Assembly: GCA_041485445.1 (NCBI GenBank) | Contig: JBGPJN010000003.1 | Coordinates: 1 to 35,193 of the forward strand | Origin: Dehalococcoidia bacterium | Lineage (GTDB): Bacteria; Chloroflexota; Dehalococcoidia; Lucifugimonadales; UBA3495 | DNA: 35,193 bases | Direction of reading: 5' to 3' | Made by a program: the position numbers and the translations under genes | Shown: positions 16,936 through 25,685 of the stretch, one piece after another | Layout of the letters: the number at the start of each line of letters is the position of its first letter | How positions within the stretch are numbered: the stretch's first letter is position 1 | The notes under the pieces: model-generated | What the model was told of the DNA's origin: nothing | Seen by the model: only the letters and a program-made list of their open reading frames with translations | The model's database searches: none

Positions 16936-18147
16936 ATGTCTAGGTTGCTCTGGTCTCAGCACCACTTTGGGCGCGCCCCATCCGCCGCGTGGCTCTCTAG
17001 AAGACCGGCGTTGGCATTGGCCGGGGTCGTGGTTTCGGCGGGCATGCTGCTGGCCGTCGCCTGCGCCGGGCCGCTGGGCCCGCAGGGTCCCGCGGGCGTG
17101 GCCGGGCCTGCGGGCGCCGCCGGACCTGCCGGACCTGCCGGCGCCGCTGGGCCCGCGGGGGCAGCAGGGGCCGCTGCCGCGGCAGGGCAGAACGGCAAGG
17201 CCATCGCCGCAGTGGTCCAGTTCGGCGACGCCGGTTTCCGCACCTCCGGCGACAAGCGGAACTGGAACATGGGCCCCAACACGGTCCAGGCCAGCGCCGG
17301 CCAGACCTTGCGTTTCAACGTGAACGGTTCCCATCAGGTGGCGGTGTACAAGGTCGCCGCGGGCACTACGCGGGCCCAGGTGACCGCCGCGCCGGACACC
17401 TTCGTCAACACCACGGTCAACAGCCCCTTTGACAACCGGGATATCGGCGATGCCACCAACCGGGTGGCCCTGGGCCCCAGCCCCAGGGCGGTGGACACCG
17501 CCGCGGCCGACCGGGATGACGCCCTCAACATGGACGTGACCATTAACGAAGCCGGCAAATACCTGGTAATTTGCGCCGTCCGGGGCCACTTCCTGGACAA
17601 GGACCCCGCCTCCAACGGCGGCATGTTCGGGTTCGTGGAGATCGGCAAGCCCTTGACCGGAGAAACGCTCGCCGACCTGACCGCCCCCGTGGGCGAGGAC
17701 GCCGACGTCACGGTGCGCTTCGGCGACCCGCGTTTCCTGGGCAGCGGGGACCGGCGCAATCGCAGCATTGTTCCCAGCACGGTGGAGGTCAAAGCCGGGG
17801 CGACGGTGCGCTTCCAGGTGGGCGGCAACCACCAGGTGGCCGTCTACAAGGCCCCCGCCGACGCCACTCGCCAGGCCGTGGCCGCCAATCGGGGCGCATT
17901 CGTCAACACCACGGTCAATGGCCTGTTCGACATGCGCGATATCGGCGACACCACCAACCGCGTGGTGCTGGGCGCCAGCCCGCGAACCGTGGACACCGCC
18001 ATCGTCAACCAGAGCGACGCCACCAACACGGACGTGACCATTACCGTGCCGGGGCGCTACCTGGTAATTTGCGCCATCCGTTCCCACTACATGGACGACG
18101 ATCCTTTGGCCAATGGCGGCATGTTCGGTTTCTTGGACGTGCGCTGA
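16936..18147 (+). CDS. Lipoprotein with collagen-like stalk and two tandem cupredoxin-like domains
   Basis: Lipobox LAVAC; 12 consecutive Gly-X-Y triplets (17068-17175); two internal repeats each with HQV...GxYLVICAxRxH...GGMFG. Confidence 0.8.
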   Translation: MSRLLWSQHHFGRAPSAAWLSRRPALALAGVVVSAGMLLAVACAGPLGPQGPAGVAGPAGAAGPAGPAGAAGPAGAAGAAAAAGQNGKAIAAVVQFGDAGFRTSGDKRNWNMGPNTVQASAGQTLRFNVNGSHQVAVYKVAAGTTRAQVTAAPDTFVNTTVNSPFDNRDIGDATNRVALGPSPRAVDTAAADRDDALNMDVTINEAGKYLVICAVRGHFLDKDPASNGGMFGFVEIGKPLTGETLADLTAPVGEDADVTVRFGDPRFLGSGDRRNRSIVPSTVEVKAGATVRFQVGGNHQVAVYKAPADATRQAVAANRGAFVNTTVNGLFDMRDIGDTTNRVVLGASPRTVDTAIVNQSDATNTDVTITVPGRYLVICAIRSHYMDDDPLANGGMFGFLDVR

Positions 18148-18195
18148 TGCGGCGCAACCCAACATTGAGTTAGCGCCCCTGGGGCGTCATCACTG

Positions 18196-18235
18196 GAGCC
18201 GGTTCCTGGCCGACTGCACCGCCAGGAACCGGCTC
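18196..18235 (+). terminator. Strong hairpin after the cupredoxin gene (no U tract)
   Basis: GAGCCGGTTCCTGGC-N10-GCCAGGAACCGGCTC, a perfect 15-bp stem. Confidence 0.5.
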
Positions 18236-18301
18236 TCCGGCCGGTTCAGTGCCTCAGGCCATCACGGTGGCAATTGTAGTGACCTGTGCTAGACTGGTGG
18301 C

Positions 18302-19597
18302 GTGAGCTACGCAGCAGACCTGCACCTGCACTCCCCATATGCTTACGCCACCAGTCCCTCCCTGACCCTGGAGAACCTGGCCCGCTGGGCCCAGCTCAAG
18401 GGCATCGACCTCCTGGCCAGCGCCGATTTCACCCACCCCGCCTGGCTGCAAGTGCTGCGCCGGGACCTGACGCCGTCGGGTCTGGGCGTCTACCGGTTCG
18501 CCGGCACGCAGTTCATCCTGGGCACCGAGGTGAGTTGCGTCTACTCCCAGGGAGGACAGGTCCGCCGGGTCCACCTGCTCCTGCTGGCCCCCGATCTGGA
18601 GACGGCTGCCCGGCTGACCACGGCCCTGGCGCCCTGGGGCAACCTGGAAGCCGACGGTCGTCCGACTCTAGGCCTCTCCGCCCGGGACCTGGCCGCCCTG
18701 GCCCTGGAAACCCACCCTGACTGCATTGTCATTCCCGCCCACGTCTGGACGCCCTGGTATGGAGTATACGGCTCCAAGACGGGCTTCGACCGGCTGGAGG
18801 ACTGTTTTCAGGACCTGACCACCCAGGTGCGGGCCGTGGAAACCGGGCTCTCCAGCGACCCCGCCATGAACTGGCCGGTGCCCGAGCTGGATGACAAGAC
18901 CATCGTCTCCTTCTCCGACGCCCACTCCCTGCCCAAGCTGGGGCGGGAGCTGACCATCTTTGAGGGGGAGCTGAGTTACCCTGGACTACGCCAGGCCCTG
19001 GCGGACCACCGGGTGGCCTACACGGTGGAGTTCCACCCGGAGGAGGGCAAGTACCACTACAGCGGGCACCGCAAGTGCGGCGTGCGCCAGGCGCCGGAGG
19101 ACACACTGCGAGACGGCGACCGCTGCCCGGTGTGCCGGCGTCCTCTCACCCTGGGGGTGCTCCACCGCACCAGCCTGCGGTCGGAACGCGGCTTCTCGGC
19201 GCAACCCGGCGCCGATGGCTTCATCCGTTCTCCTCAGGGCCGTCCACCCTTTGTACGCCTAGTCCCCCTCATGGAGATCATTGGCCAGTCCCTGGGGCAG
19301 GGTCCGGAGTCCCGGGGAGTGCAAGCTCGGTACCAGCGCATCGTCCAGGAGCTGGGGAATGAGCTGAACGTCCTGCTGCGGGCCACCGCCGCGGACCTGA
19401 CGGCGGCGGCGGGAGAAACGGTGGCCCAGGGCGTGCTGCGGGCGCGCCGTGGCGACGTCGTGGTGGACCCCGGCTACGATGGCGTTTACGGGCGGGTGCA
19501 GGTCTGGCCCGATGGTCCGCCTGACGCGGGGCCGGCGGCGCCCAAGCAGGCGCATCAGACCCCGCGGGAGGGTGCGCCGCCGGCCGGCTCACTGTAG
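18302..19597 (+). CDS. Endonuclease Q family (PHP domain) DNA repair protein
   Basis: ADLHLHSPYA, ADFTHP, PAHVWTPW, ETGLSSDPAMN, FSDAHS, EEGKYH, Zn-finger HRKC...CPVC, PGYDGVYG. Confidence 0.9.
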   Translation: MSYAADLHLHSPYAYATSPSLTLENLARWAQLKGIDLLASADFTHPAWLQVLRRDLTPSGLGVYRFAGTQFILGTEVSCVYSQGGQVRRVHLLLLAPDLETAARLTTALAPWGNLEADGRPTLGLSARDLAALALETHPDCIVIPAHVWTPWYGVYGSKTGFDRLEDCFQDLTTQVRAVETGLSSDPAMNWPVPELDDKTIVSFSDAHSLPKLGRELTIFEGELSYPGLRQALADHRVAYTVEFHPEEGKYHYSGHRKCGVRQAPEDTLRDGDRCPVCRRPLTLGVLHRTSLRSERGFSAQPGADGFIRSPQGRPPFVRLVPLMEIIGQSLGQGPESRGVQARYQRIVQELGNELNVLLRATAADLTAAAGETVAQGVLRARRGDVVVDPGYDGVYGRVQVWPDGPPDAGPAAPKQAHQTPREGAPPAGSL

Positions 19598-19723
19598 CGG
19601 AACGCAAGGCTGAGGCGTAATGGTCCTGAGCGTACCGCCAACTCCGTCGCCGGGACTATTCGGCGGCCGTCCAGGGGTATGTTAAAATTGACGCAACTTT
19701 GGTCAGAGACCGGCAGATAGGCA

Positions 19724-20395
19724 ATGGACGTTTCCCTGCGCCGCATGCGCGCCGACGACATTGAGCAGGTGGTGGAGATCGAGCGCGAGGCCTTCACCCC
19801 CATGTGGGTGGGCACGCCCTTCAAGCGGGAGATGGGCAATCGCTACGCCCGCTACCTGATGGCGTTGTCCCAGGAGGGCGCCTCCTCCAACGGATCGGAC
19901 GCTCCTGCCTCCAGCCCAGCGATGCGCCGCGCTCAAGGCACGACGCTGTGGGGCTGGCTGCGCCGGCTGTTCTCCCGCGCCGGCGACGAGGCGACGCCTC
20001 CGCCCGCGCCCAGCGCGGCCTCCCCGGCGGCGGGTTACGTGGGGGTGTGGTTCCAGGGAGATGAGGCCCACATCACGGAGATCGCGGTGCGGGAGCGGCT
20101 GCGGGGCAAGGGGATTGGAGAGTTGCTGCTCATCGGGTCGGTGAGGGCGGCCATTGAGTACGGGTCCAGTGTGGTGACGCTGGAGGTGCGGGTTTCCAAC
20201 TTGATCGCCCAGCGGTTGTACGAGAAGTACGGGTTCAAGCAGGTGGGCATCCGCAAGGCCTACTACTCGGACAACCGGGAGGACGCGGCCATCATGACCA
20301 CCAGCCCCATCCACAGCGCCGAATACCAGGCTCTGTTCAGCAGGCTGCAGGAAGCCTACCAGACCCGCTGGCGACCCATCCGCATCGACCCCTGA
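19724..20395 (+). CDS. rimI: Ribosomal protein alanine N-acetyltransferase
   Basis: EAHITEIAV, RGKGIGELLL, TLEVRVSNLIAQRLYEKYGF, RKAYYSDNREDA; low-complexity internal insertion; upstream TG-T-TAAAAT at 19680-19688. Confidence 0.9.
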   Translation: MDVSLRRMRADDIEQVVEIEREAFTPMWVGTPFKREMGNRYARYLMALSQEGASSNGSDAPASSPAMRRAQGTTLWGWLRRLFSRAGDEATPPPAPSAASPAAGYVGVWFQGDEAHITEIAVRERLRGKGIGELLLIGSVRAAIEYGSSVVTLEVRVSNLIAQRLYEKYGFKQVGIRKAYYSDNREDAAIMTTSPIHSAEYQALFSRLQEAYQTRWRPIRIDP

Positions 20396-20417
20396 GAGGG
20401 TTCTAAAAAGCCACCTT

Positions 20418-20580
20418 CTCCCCCTTGCCAAGGGGGAGATACAGAGGGGGTGGTCTGTCCTTCTGCGGGAAGGATGCCGTGCGGCGGCGGCGTATGGGCA
20501 CGACCCCCCTGTAGTCCCTCCTTCGTAAGGGGGGACGGGACGGCCCTCCCATCTCCCCCTTGCCAAGGGGGAGATGGGGC
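20418..20580. repeat. Cluster of CTCCCCCTT-NNN-AAGGGGGAG palindromic repeats
   Basis: CTCCCCCTTGCCAAGGGGGAGAT occurs twice, plus one degenerate inverted copy, between converging genes. Confidence 0.8.
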
Positions 20581-20589
20581 CCTCCCCGC

Positions 20590-21396
20590 CTAAGCGCCCC
20601 TGGCGTCAAAGGCCGCTTTGGCCTCCTGCAGGGCCTCCTCCACGTAAGGCCAGCCCCGGTACCACCCCGCTTGGGAAAACACCTCGCAGATCTCCCGCTG
20701 GGTCATGCCCAGGTCCAGCGCATAGCCAACGTGCCGCCGCAACTGCTTCATATGTCCGCGGCACATCAGCGCCACCAGGATGCACACCGTGCGCTCCTTG
20801 GGGCTTAGGTCGGCCCGCGCCCAGACCTCGCCGAAGTTGTAGGCCTCCACCAGGTCCGCCACGTCGGGCAGGAGCTGCTGCGTTAAGGAGCCTTCCATAT
20901 CCGAGTGGGCCTGCTCTCCCCAGTTGTGCCGCCGCAGCCGGGCGCCGCGCTCTAGCTTCTCCTCCACCGAGGCCAGCCACTGGGCCTGCAGTGGCAGCTT
21001 GTCCTCCTGTTGCCACATCGCCTGCTCGTTAATCACCTTCTGGGCCTGGGTGAGGGCAAACACCGTGGCCGGAATCCCGGCGTAGAACATGAGCTGCAGG
21101 AAGATGCCCTTGATCTTCTGGGGGCTCATGCCCAGGGTGAGCCCAACCCGGATCTGGTGGTGCAGGCCGAAGTCCCAGCCGTTGCAGCACTGGGCGGCGA
21201 TGGTGGCCATGCTTCGCAGACTTATATCCAGCCCGGGCACTTGCCAGATGCCGCCCCACATCACCTCGTCCTGCAGCTTGACATAGTCCAGGCTGATGCC
21301 GGGCAGGGCGCCGGTCAACCGCCCGGCGGGGACGTACTGGTCGATGAAGGCGTGCAGGTTAACCGCATGCCGGTACAGCTCATCGGCGGTGGTCAT
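20590..21396 (-). CDS. Two-domain carboxymuconolactone decarboxylase (CMD/AhpD-like) family protein
   Basis: Two CMD units: WGGIW..PGLD..RS....FYAGIP and FGEVWARADLSPKER...QLRRH...WYRGWP. Confidence 0.85.
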   Translation of the reverse strand: MTTADELYRHAVNLHAFIDQYVPAGRLTGALPGISLDYVKLQDEVMWGGIWQVPGLDISLRSMATIAAQCCNGWDFGLHHQIRVGLTLGMSPQKIKGIFLQLMFYAGIPATVFALTQAQKVINEQAMWQQEDKLPLQAQWLASVEEKLERGARLRRHNWGEQAHSDMEGSLTQQLLPDVADLVEAYNFGEVWARADLSPKERTVCILVALMCRGHMKQLRRHVGYALDLGMTQREICEVFSQAGWYRGWPYVEEALQEAKAAFDARGA

Positions 21397-21511
21397 CGTG
21401 GATGCTCCTGTTCACAGTTTGACTGGCGGATTTCAAGAGACGAACGTGACTCAACCAGAGTCTGTCCAATAAGCGCTTCTTCTCCCCCTTTCCAAGATGC
21501 GTGATGCTATA

Positions 21512-21637
21512 GACCCTTGCATAACTTCTTAAACTGTGTCGGACGAAATCCCCCCAACCCCCCTTTGCGAAAGGGGGGCAAGTGGCCGTTTCCACCGCAA
21601 ACGCCTTCCAACCGGTTTAGATACTTATGCAAGGGTC
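21512..21637. mobile_element. MITE-like element with GACCCTTGCATAA inverted ends enclosing a CCCCC/AAAGGGGG repeat
   Basis: Perfect 13-bp TIR extending imperfectly to 23 bp; same end family as 15766-15884. Confidence 0.75.
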
Positions 21638-21667
21638 GTTAGTTGTCCGACATCCCAATCTTACGGA

Positions 21668-21768
21668 TGTCATTCTGAGCCGCAGCGAAGAATCTAAAGT
21701 AGTGGGCACAGCACCATCGCAGGTTCTTTAGATTCTTCGCCTTCGCTGCGCTTCGGCTCAGAATGACA
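21668..21768. repeat. TGTCATTCTGAGC...GCTCAGAATGACA palindromic repeat
   Basis: Complementary arms with inner GCGAAGAATCT/AGATTCTTCGC. Confidence 0.85.
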
Positions 21769-21921
21769 GTTTTATAGATATGAAATGCTCCTTGGACTTC
21801 GAGGGTCTGACTAGTATCAGGCATCTTACCACGGGGGAGCTAGGGGGGCCTTCGGCTGAAGGACGACCCACCCTGACCTCCTTGGTAACGAGGGGGATTC
21901 CCACCCACCATCTTGGGCGAC

Positions 21922-22743
21922 CTAGAGTCCCCTCTCCTGGAAAACCTTCTGGGCCTGCTCCAGGGCGTCCTCCACGCAGGGCCATCCCCGGTACCAGCCC
22001 GCCTGGGAGAACACCTGGCAGATCTCCTCCTTGGTCAGCCCTGCATTCAGGGCATACTCCACGTGGCGCCGTAGCTGCTTCATGTGCCCACGGCACATGA
22101 GGGCGGACAGGATGCAGACCATCCGTTCCTTTGGGCTGAGGTCATCCCGAGCCCAGACCTCGCCAAAGTGGTAGCCGTCCACCAACTCGGCGATGTGCGG
22201 CGCCAGCCGGCGGGCCACGGAGGTCTCCTCCGCCTGGTTTGCATCCACTCCCCAGTGCCGGATGCGCAGCTCCCTCCCGCGCTGGAGCCCCTCTGCCATG
22301 GTGGAGCGCCAACCCGCATCTATCTCAGGGGGCACGTCCTGGGACTTCCACTGGGCACGCTCGTTGATCACCTCCTGGGCCACGCGCAGGCCGAACACCG
22401 TGGCAGGTATTCCGGCGTAGAACAGGAGCTGGATGAAGATGCCCTTGATCTGCCGCGGGCTGAGACCCACCGTGAGGCCGGTGCGCACCTGGTGCTCCAC
22501 GCCGAAGTCGTAGCCATTGACGCACTGGGCGGAGATGGTGGCGAAGCTGCGCAGCTTCAGGTCCAGCCCCGGCTCCAGCCACACGCCGCCCCACATGAGC
22601 TCATGCTGGACGCGGACGAAGTCCGCCAGCACCGGCGTGGGCCGAGCGTAAGGCAGGTGCTGGTCGAAGAACTTCCGGAGCTTGGCCGACTTCTGTTGCA
22701 GCTCTTCTACTGTAGTCACTTGGGTAGGCTTGGGGGTGGTCAT
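21922..22743 (-). CDS. Two-domain CMD/AhpD-like family protein
   Basis: Paralog of the flanking genes with the same motifs; 4-nt overlap with the upstream gene. Confidence 0.85.
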   Translation of the reverse strand: MTTPKPTQVTTVEELQQKSAKLRKFFDQHLPYARPTPVLADFVRVQHELMWGGVWLEPGLDLKLRSFATISAQCVNGYDFGVEHQVRTGLTVGLSPRQIKGIFIQLLFYAGIPATVFGLRVAQEVINERAQWKSQDVPPEIDAGWRSTMAEGLQRGRELRIRHWGVDANQAEETSVARRLAPHIAELVDGYHFGEVWARDDLSPKERMVCILSALMCRGHMKQLRRHVEYALNAGLTKEEICQVFSQAGWYRGWPCVEDALEQAQKVFQERGL

Positions 22744-23525
22744 GGGGTTTGGTCCCTCCGCTGGGCGAAGACTGCGGCCGCCTGCTCCAGTCCGTCCTCC
22801 ACATGGGGCCAGCCGCGATACCAGCCGGCTTGGGAGATGACCTCACAGACCTCCCGCTGGTCAAAGCCCATGTTCAATGCGTAGCCGATGTACTGACGCA
22901 ACTGGCTCCAGTGGCCCCGGGCCATCAGCGCGGCCAGGACGCACACCATCCGTTCCTTGAGTTCCAGGTCAGCGCGCTGCCACACCTCGCCGAAGTTGTA
23001 CCCGTCCACGATGTCCGAGGCCTCCGGGACCATCTGCTGGGCCAGGGAGGTCGCAACCTCCTGGTCGGCCTGGTCTCCCCAGAGGCGCCGCCGGATGGCG
23101 CTGCCGCGTTCCAGCTTGGCCGCCACGGTGTCCAGCCAGGTTTCCTCGGCGGGCACGTCGGCGTCCTTCCACTCCCATCGCTCGTTGACTACCTTCTGGG
23201 CCTGGAGCAGCCCAAAGACGGTGGCGGGTATGCCGGCATAAAACAGCAACTGGATGAAGATGCCCTTGATCTTCTGGGGACTCATGCCCAGGTCCAGCCC
23301 CATCCTGATTTGATGCTGCAGGCCGAAGTCCCAACCGTTGACGCACTGGGCCGAGATGGTGGCCAGGCAGCGGAGCTTCAGGTCCAGGCCGGGTGACTGC
23401 CAAATGCCGCCCCAGGTCAGCGGCACCTGGATGCGGGCGTAGTCACCGCAGACCTCCGTCAGCTGCGCGTGCTCCGGCAGAAACCGGCCCAGGGCCGCCG
23501 CGCGGTCTTCCATCTGGTCAGACAT
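22740..23525 (-). CDS. Two-domain CMD/AhpD-like family protein
   Basis: WGGIWQSPGLDLKLR...FYAGIPA; FGEVWQRADLELKER...WYRGWP. Confidence 0.85.
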   Translation of the reverse strand: MSDQMEDRAAALGRFLPEHAQLTEVCGDYARIQVPLTWGGIWQSPGLDLKLRCLATISAQCVNGWDFGLQHQIRMGLDLGMSPQKIKGIFIQLLFYAGIPATVFGLLQAQKVVNERWEWKDADVPAEETWLDTVAAKLERGSAIRRRLWGDQADQEVATSLAQQMVPEASDIVDGYNFGEVWQRADLELKERMVCVLAALMARGHWSQLRQYIGYALNMGFDQREVCEVISQAGWYRGWPHVEDGLEQAAAVFAQRRDQTP

Positions 23526-23597
23526 GGCTACTCGTCTACCCCATGGTGGTTGGATTCAAGTTCCAACCCCTTGCCCGTGCTGGAAGTTTATCTGCCT

Positions 23598-23626
23598 ATG
23601 GTAGTCAGTCAACCCGTTGGTTGCAA
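23598..23626 (-). promoter_or_regulatory. Sigma70 promoter for the CMD cluster
   Basis: TTGCAA-17 nt-TACCAT. Confidence 0.65.
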
Positions 23627-23740
23627 GGGTTGGGGGCGGTGGAGTCTGGCACGCGGGTCTTCAGTGGAAAGGAGGGAGAAGCGCTACTGGATCGCTGTGG
23701 AAGCCGTGTGGTGTGCTTGGTCGAGCCACACCTATCTGCC

Positions 23741-23884
23741 GTAGTGGGTCAGATAGGTTCCCGTCATTCCGGCGCAGGCCGGAATCCATCGGTGCATCTC
23801 AACCACGCTCGTACCTGGACACCGGCCTTCGCCGGTGTGACGGATAGAGTCCCCGTTCTCTGCCATAGCAAACTGACCCGGCAC
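23741..23884. mobile_element. MITE-like element (GGGTCAG/CTGACCC ends) enclosing a GTCATTCCGGC...GCCGGTGTGAC palindrome
   Basis: Left end GTAGTGGGTCAGATAG; right end (reverse complement) GTGCCGGGTCAGTTTG; internal palindrome about 23761-23843. Confidence 0.55.
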
Positions 23885-23913
23885 CCAAGCTGCGGGCATT
23901 GCTACGAAAATGG

Positions 23914-23990
23914 CCCCGTCTCCCTCTGGGAGAGGGTTGGGGTGAGGGTGATGCCCCTCACCCTAATCCTCTCACATAAGGGACGAGGAA
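23914..23990. repeat. CTCCCTCTGGGAGAGGGTTGGGGTGAGGG / CCCTCACCCTAATCCTCTC palindromic repeat pair
   Basis: Inverted arms directly visible. Confidence 0.75.
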
Positions 23991-24113
23991 ACCCTCTTCA
24001 TCCTTGCTGGTGCCCCGACTAGTCGGGGCATGAAAGATTCTGAGGGTGCGGGGAACGACAGTGGTCATTCCAAAGGTGACGGAGGGCCAGCCAGGCGCGG
24101 GGAGCAGGGCAGC

Positions 24114-25664
24114 TCAGGGGACGCCCAGGTTGTCCAGCACCTCTCGCAACTTCCGCGCCAGGTCGGAAGGCAAGAATGGCTTCTGGATGAACGGAACTTT
24201 GCCGGCCGGCATGCCCTGGAAAGTCACCGGCTCGGCGGTATAACCGGAAGTGAAGAGGATCTTGGCGCCGGGACGCAGGGCGCCGAACTGCTTGGCCAAC
24301 TCAATGCCGTTCATGCGCGGCATCATCACGTCAGTCAACAGGAGGTGAATGGTCTGGTCCTGGTGAGACCGGACCACAATGATGGCTTCCTCACCGTTAC
24401 CGGCTTGAAGCACCGTGTACCCCTGGGCCTGCAAGGTGGCGGCCACCATGCCCCGCACCGCCGGCTCGTCCTCCGCCAGGAGCACCGTCTCCGTGCCCCT
24501 GGGCATGGCCAAGTTTGCCGGGGGCGGTGTCCGGTGCTTGAGGGGTTCTTTGGTTTGGGGCAGGCACACTGTGAAGGTGGTGCCCTGGCCCACCGTACTC
24601 TGGACCTCCATGTAACCTCCGCTTTGCCGGATAATGTCCTGGCAGGTGGACAGGCCCAGGCCAGTCCCTTTTCCAGGCTCCTTTGTGGTGAAGAGCCGCT
24701 CAAAAATGTGGGCTTTGACCTCGCCGGACATCCCCGTTCCGGTATCCATCACTGAGAGTGACACATAGCTGGCGGGGGCCGCGCCGGCGGCATCAGGTTT
24801 GGGGGCGACATTGGCGGTGCGGATAGTAATCGTTCCACCCTGTGGCATGGCATCCCGTGCGTTGACCACCAGGTTCACCAGAACCTGCTGGCATTGGCCG
24901 GTGTTGGCCTTGGTGGTTTTCAGGTCTGGTGACAGCAGGGAGACAAGCTCGATCTCGTCCCCTACCAGCCGCTTCAGCATTCTGGCCATGTCAGTAACCA
25001 GCTCGTTCAGGTCCATGACGCTGAGGTCCAGGGTCTGACGCCGGGTGAAAGCCAGAAGCTGGCGGGTAAGGCTGGTGGCCCTTTCCACCGCCTGCCGGAT
25101 CTCGTCCAGGTTGCCGGCCGCCTGATGGCCGGTGGCCAAGGCCAAAGTCCCCAGCTCGGCGTTGCCGGAGATGGCGGTCAGCAGGTTGTTGAAGTCATGT
25201 ACCACGCCCGAAGCCACCCGCCCGATGACCTCCAGCTTCTGAGATTGGAGCGCCTGCTCCTGCTGCAGTTGTTTATTCTCCCGGCGCTGTTCGGCCTCCC
25301 GAAGCTCCCGGACGATGATGGGGATCAGCCTTGCCAGCTTGCCCTTGGTGACGTAGTCGTGGGCGCCGGCCCGCATGGCCGCCACGGCATCCTCATCGGA
25401 CACCACGCCGGACACGATGATGAAGGGCAGGTCCTTGCCTGTTTCCTGGACCAGCTTCAAGGCGGCGAGGGCATTGAAGCCGGGCAACCGGTAGTCGGAC
25501 ACCACCAGGTCCCAGGGGTGCTTCGCCAGGGCGGCCCGGACGGCGTCAGGAGTGTCCACGCGCCGGGACTCGGGCGCATATCCGCCGCGCTTCAGCTCCT
25601 GGAGCAGCAGCAGGGCGTCGTCTTCCGAGTCTTCCACCATCAGGACGCGCAGGGGTGTCGGCAT
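24114..25664 (-). CDS. Cytoplasmic hybrid histidine kinase (REC-HisKA-HATPase-REC, CckA-like kinase core)
   Basis: VEDSEDD...SDYRLP; H-box GVVHDFNNLL; NLVVNARDAM, DTGTGM, GKGTGLGL; C-terminal AEDEP...TDVMMP...KPF. Confidence 0.93.
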   Translation of the reverse strand: MPTPLRVLMVEDSEDDALLLLQELKRGGYAPESRRVDTPDAVRAALAKHPWDLVVSDYRLPGFNALAALKLVQETGKDLPFIIVSGVVSDEDAVAAMRAGAHDYVTKGKLARLIPIIVRELREAEQRRENKQLQQEQALQSQKLEVIGRVASGVVHDFNNLLTAISGNAELGTLALATGHQAAGNLDEIRQAVERATSLTRQLLAFTRRQTLDLSVMDLNELVTDMARMLKRLVGDEIELVSLLSPDLKTTKANTGQCQQVLVNLVVNARDAMPQGGTITIRTANVAPKPDAAGAAPASYVSLSVMDTGTGMSGEVKAHIFERLFTTKEPGKGTGLGLSTCQDIIRQSGGYMEVQSTVGQGTTFTVCLPQTKEPLKHRTPPPANLAMPRGTETVLLAEDEPAVRGMVAATLQAQGYTVLQAGNGEEAIIVVRSHQDQTIHLLLTDVMMPRMNGIELAKQFGALRPGAKILFTSGYTAEPVTFQGMPAGKVPFIQKPFLPSDLARKLREVLDNLGVP

Positions 25665-25685
25665 GTCGGGTAGCGTCCCGCTCCC

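Noticed and set aside
9701-18147. Sec read-through at other TGA stops (SBP, selA, hydrolase, YceI, cupredoxin)
   Set aside because: The proteins appear complete at those stops, there is no redox-motif context, and some stops abut or overlap the next gene's start.
19703-20566. 287-aa minus-strand ORF over rimI
   Set aside because: Antisense shadow that starts inside a repeat cluster.
20418-20580. Possible CRISPR array from repeated CTCCCCCTTGCCAAGGGGGAG
   Set aside because: Only two exact copies with irregular spacing, no cas genes, and it matches a dispersed palindrome family.
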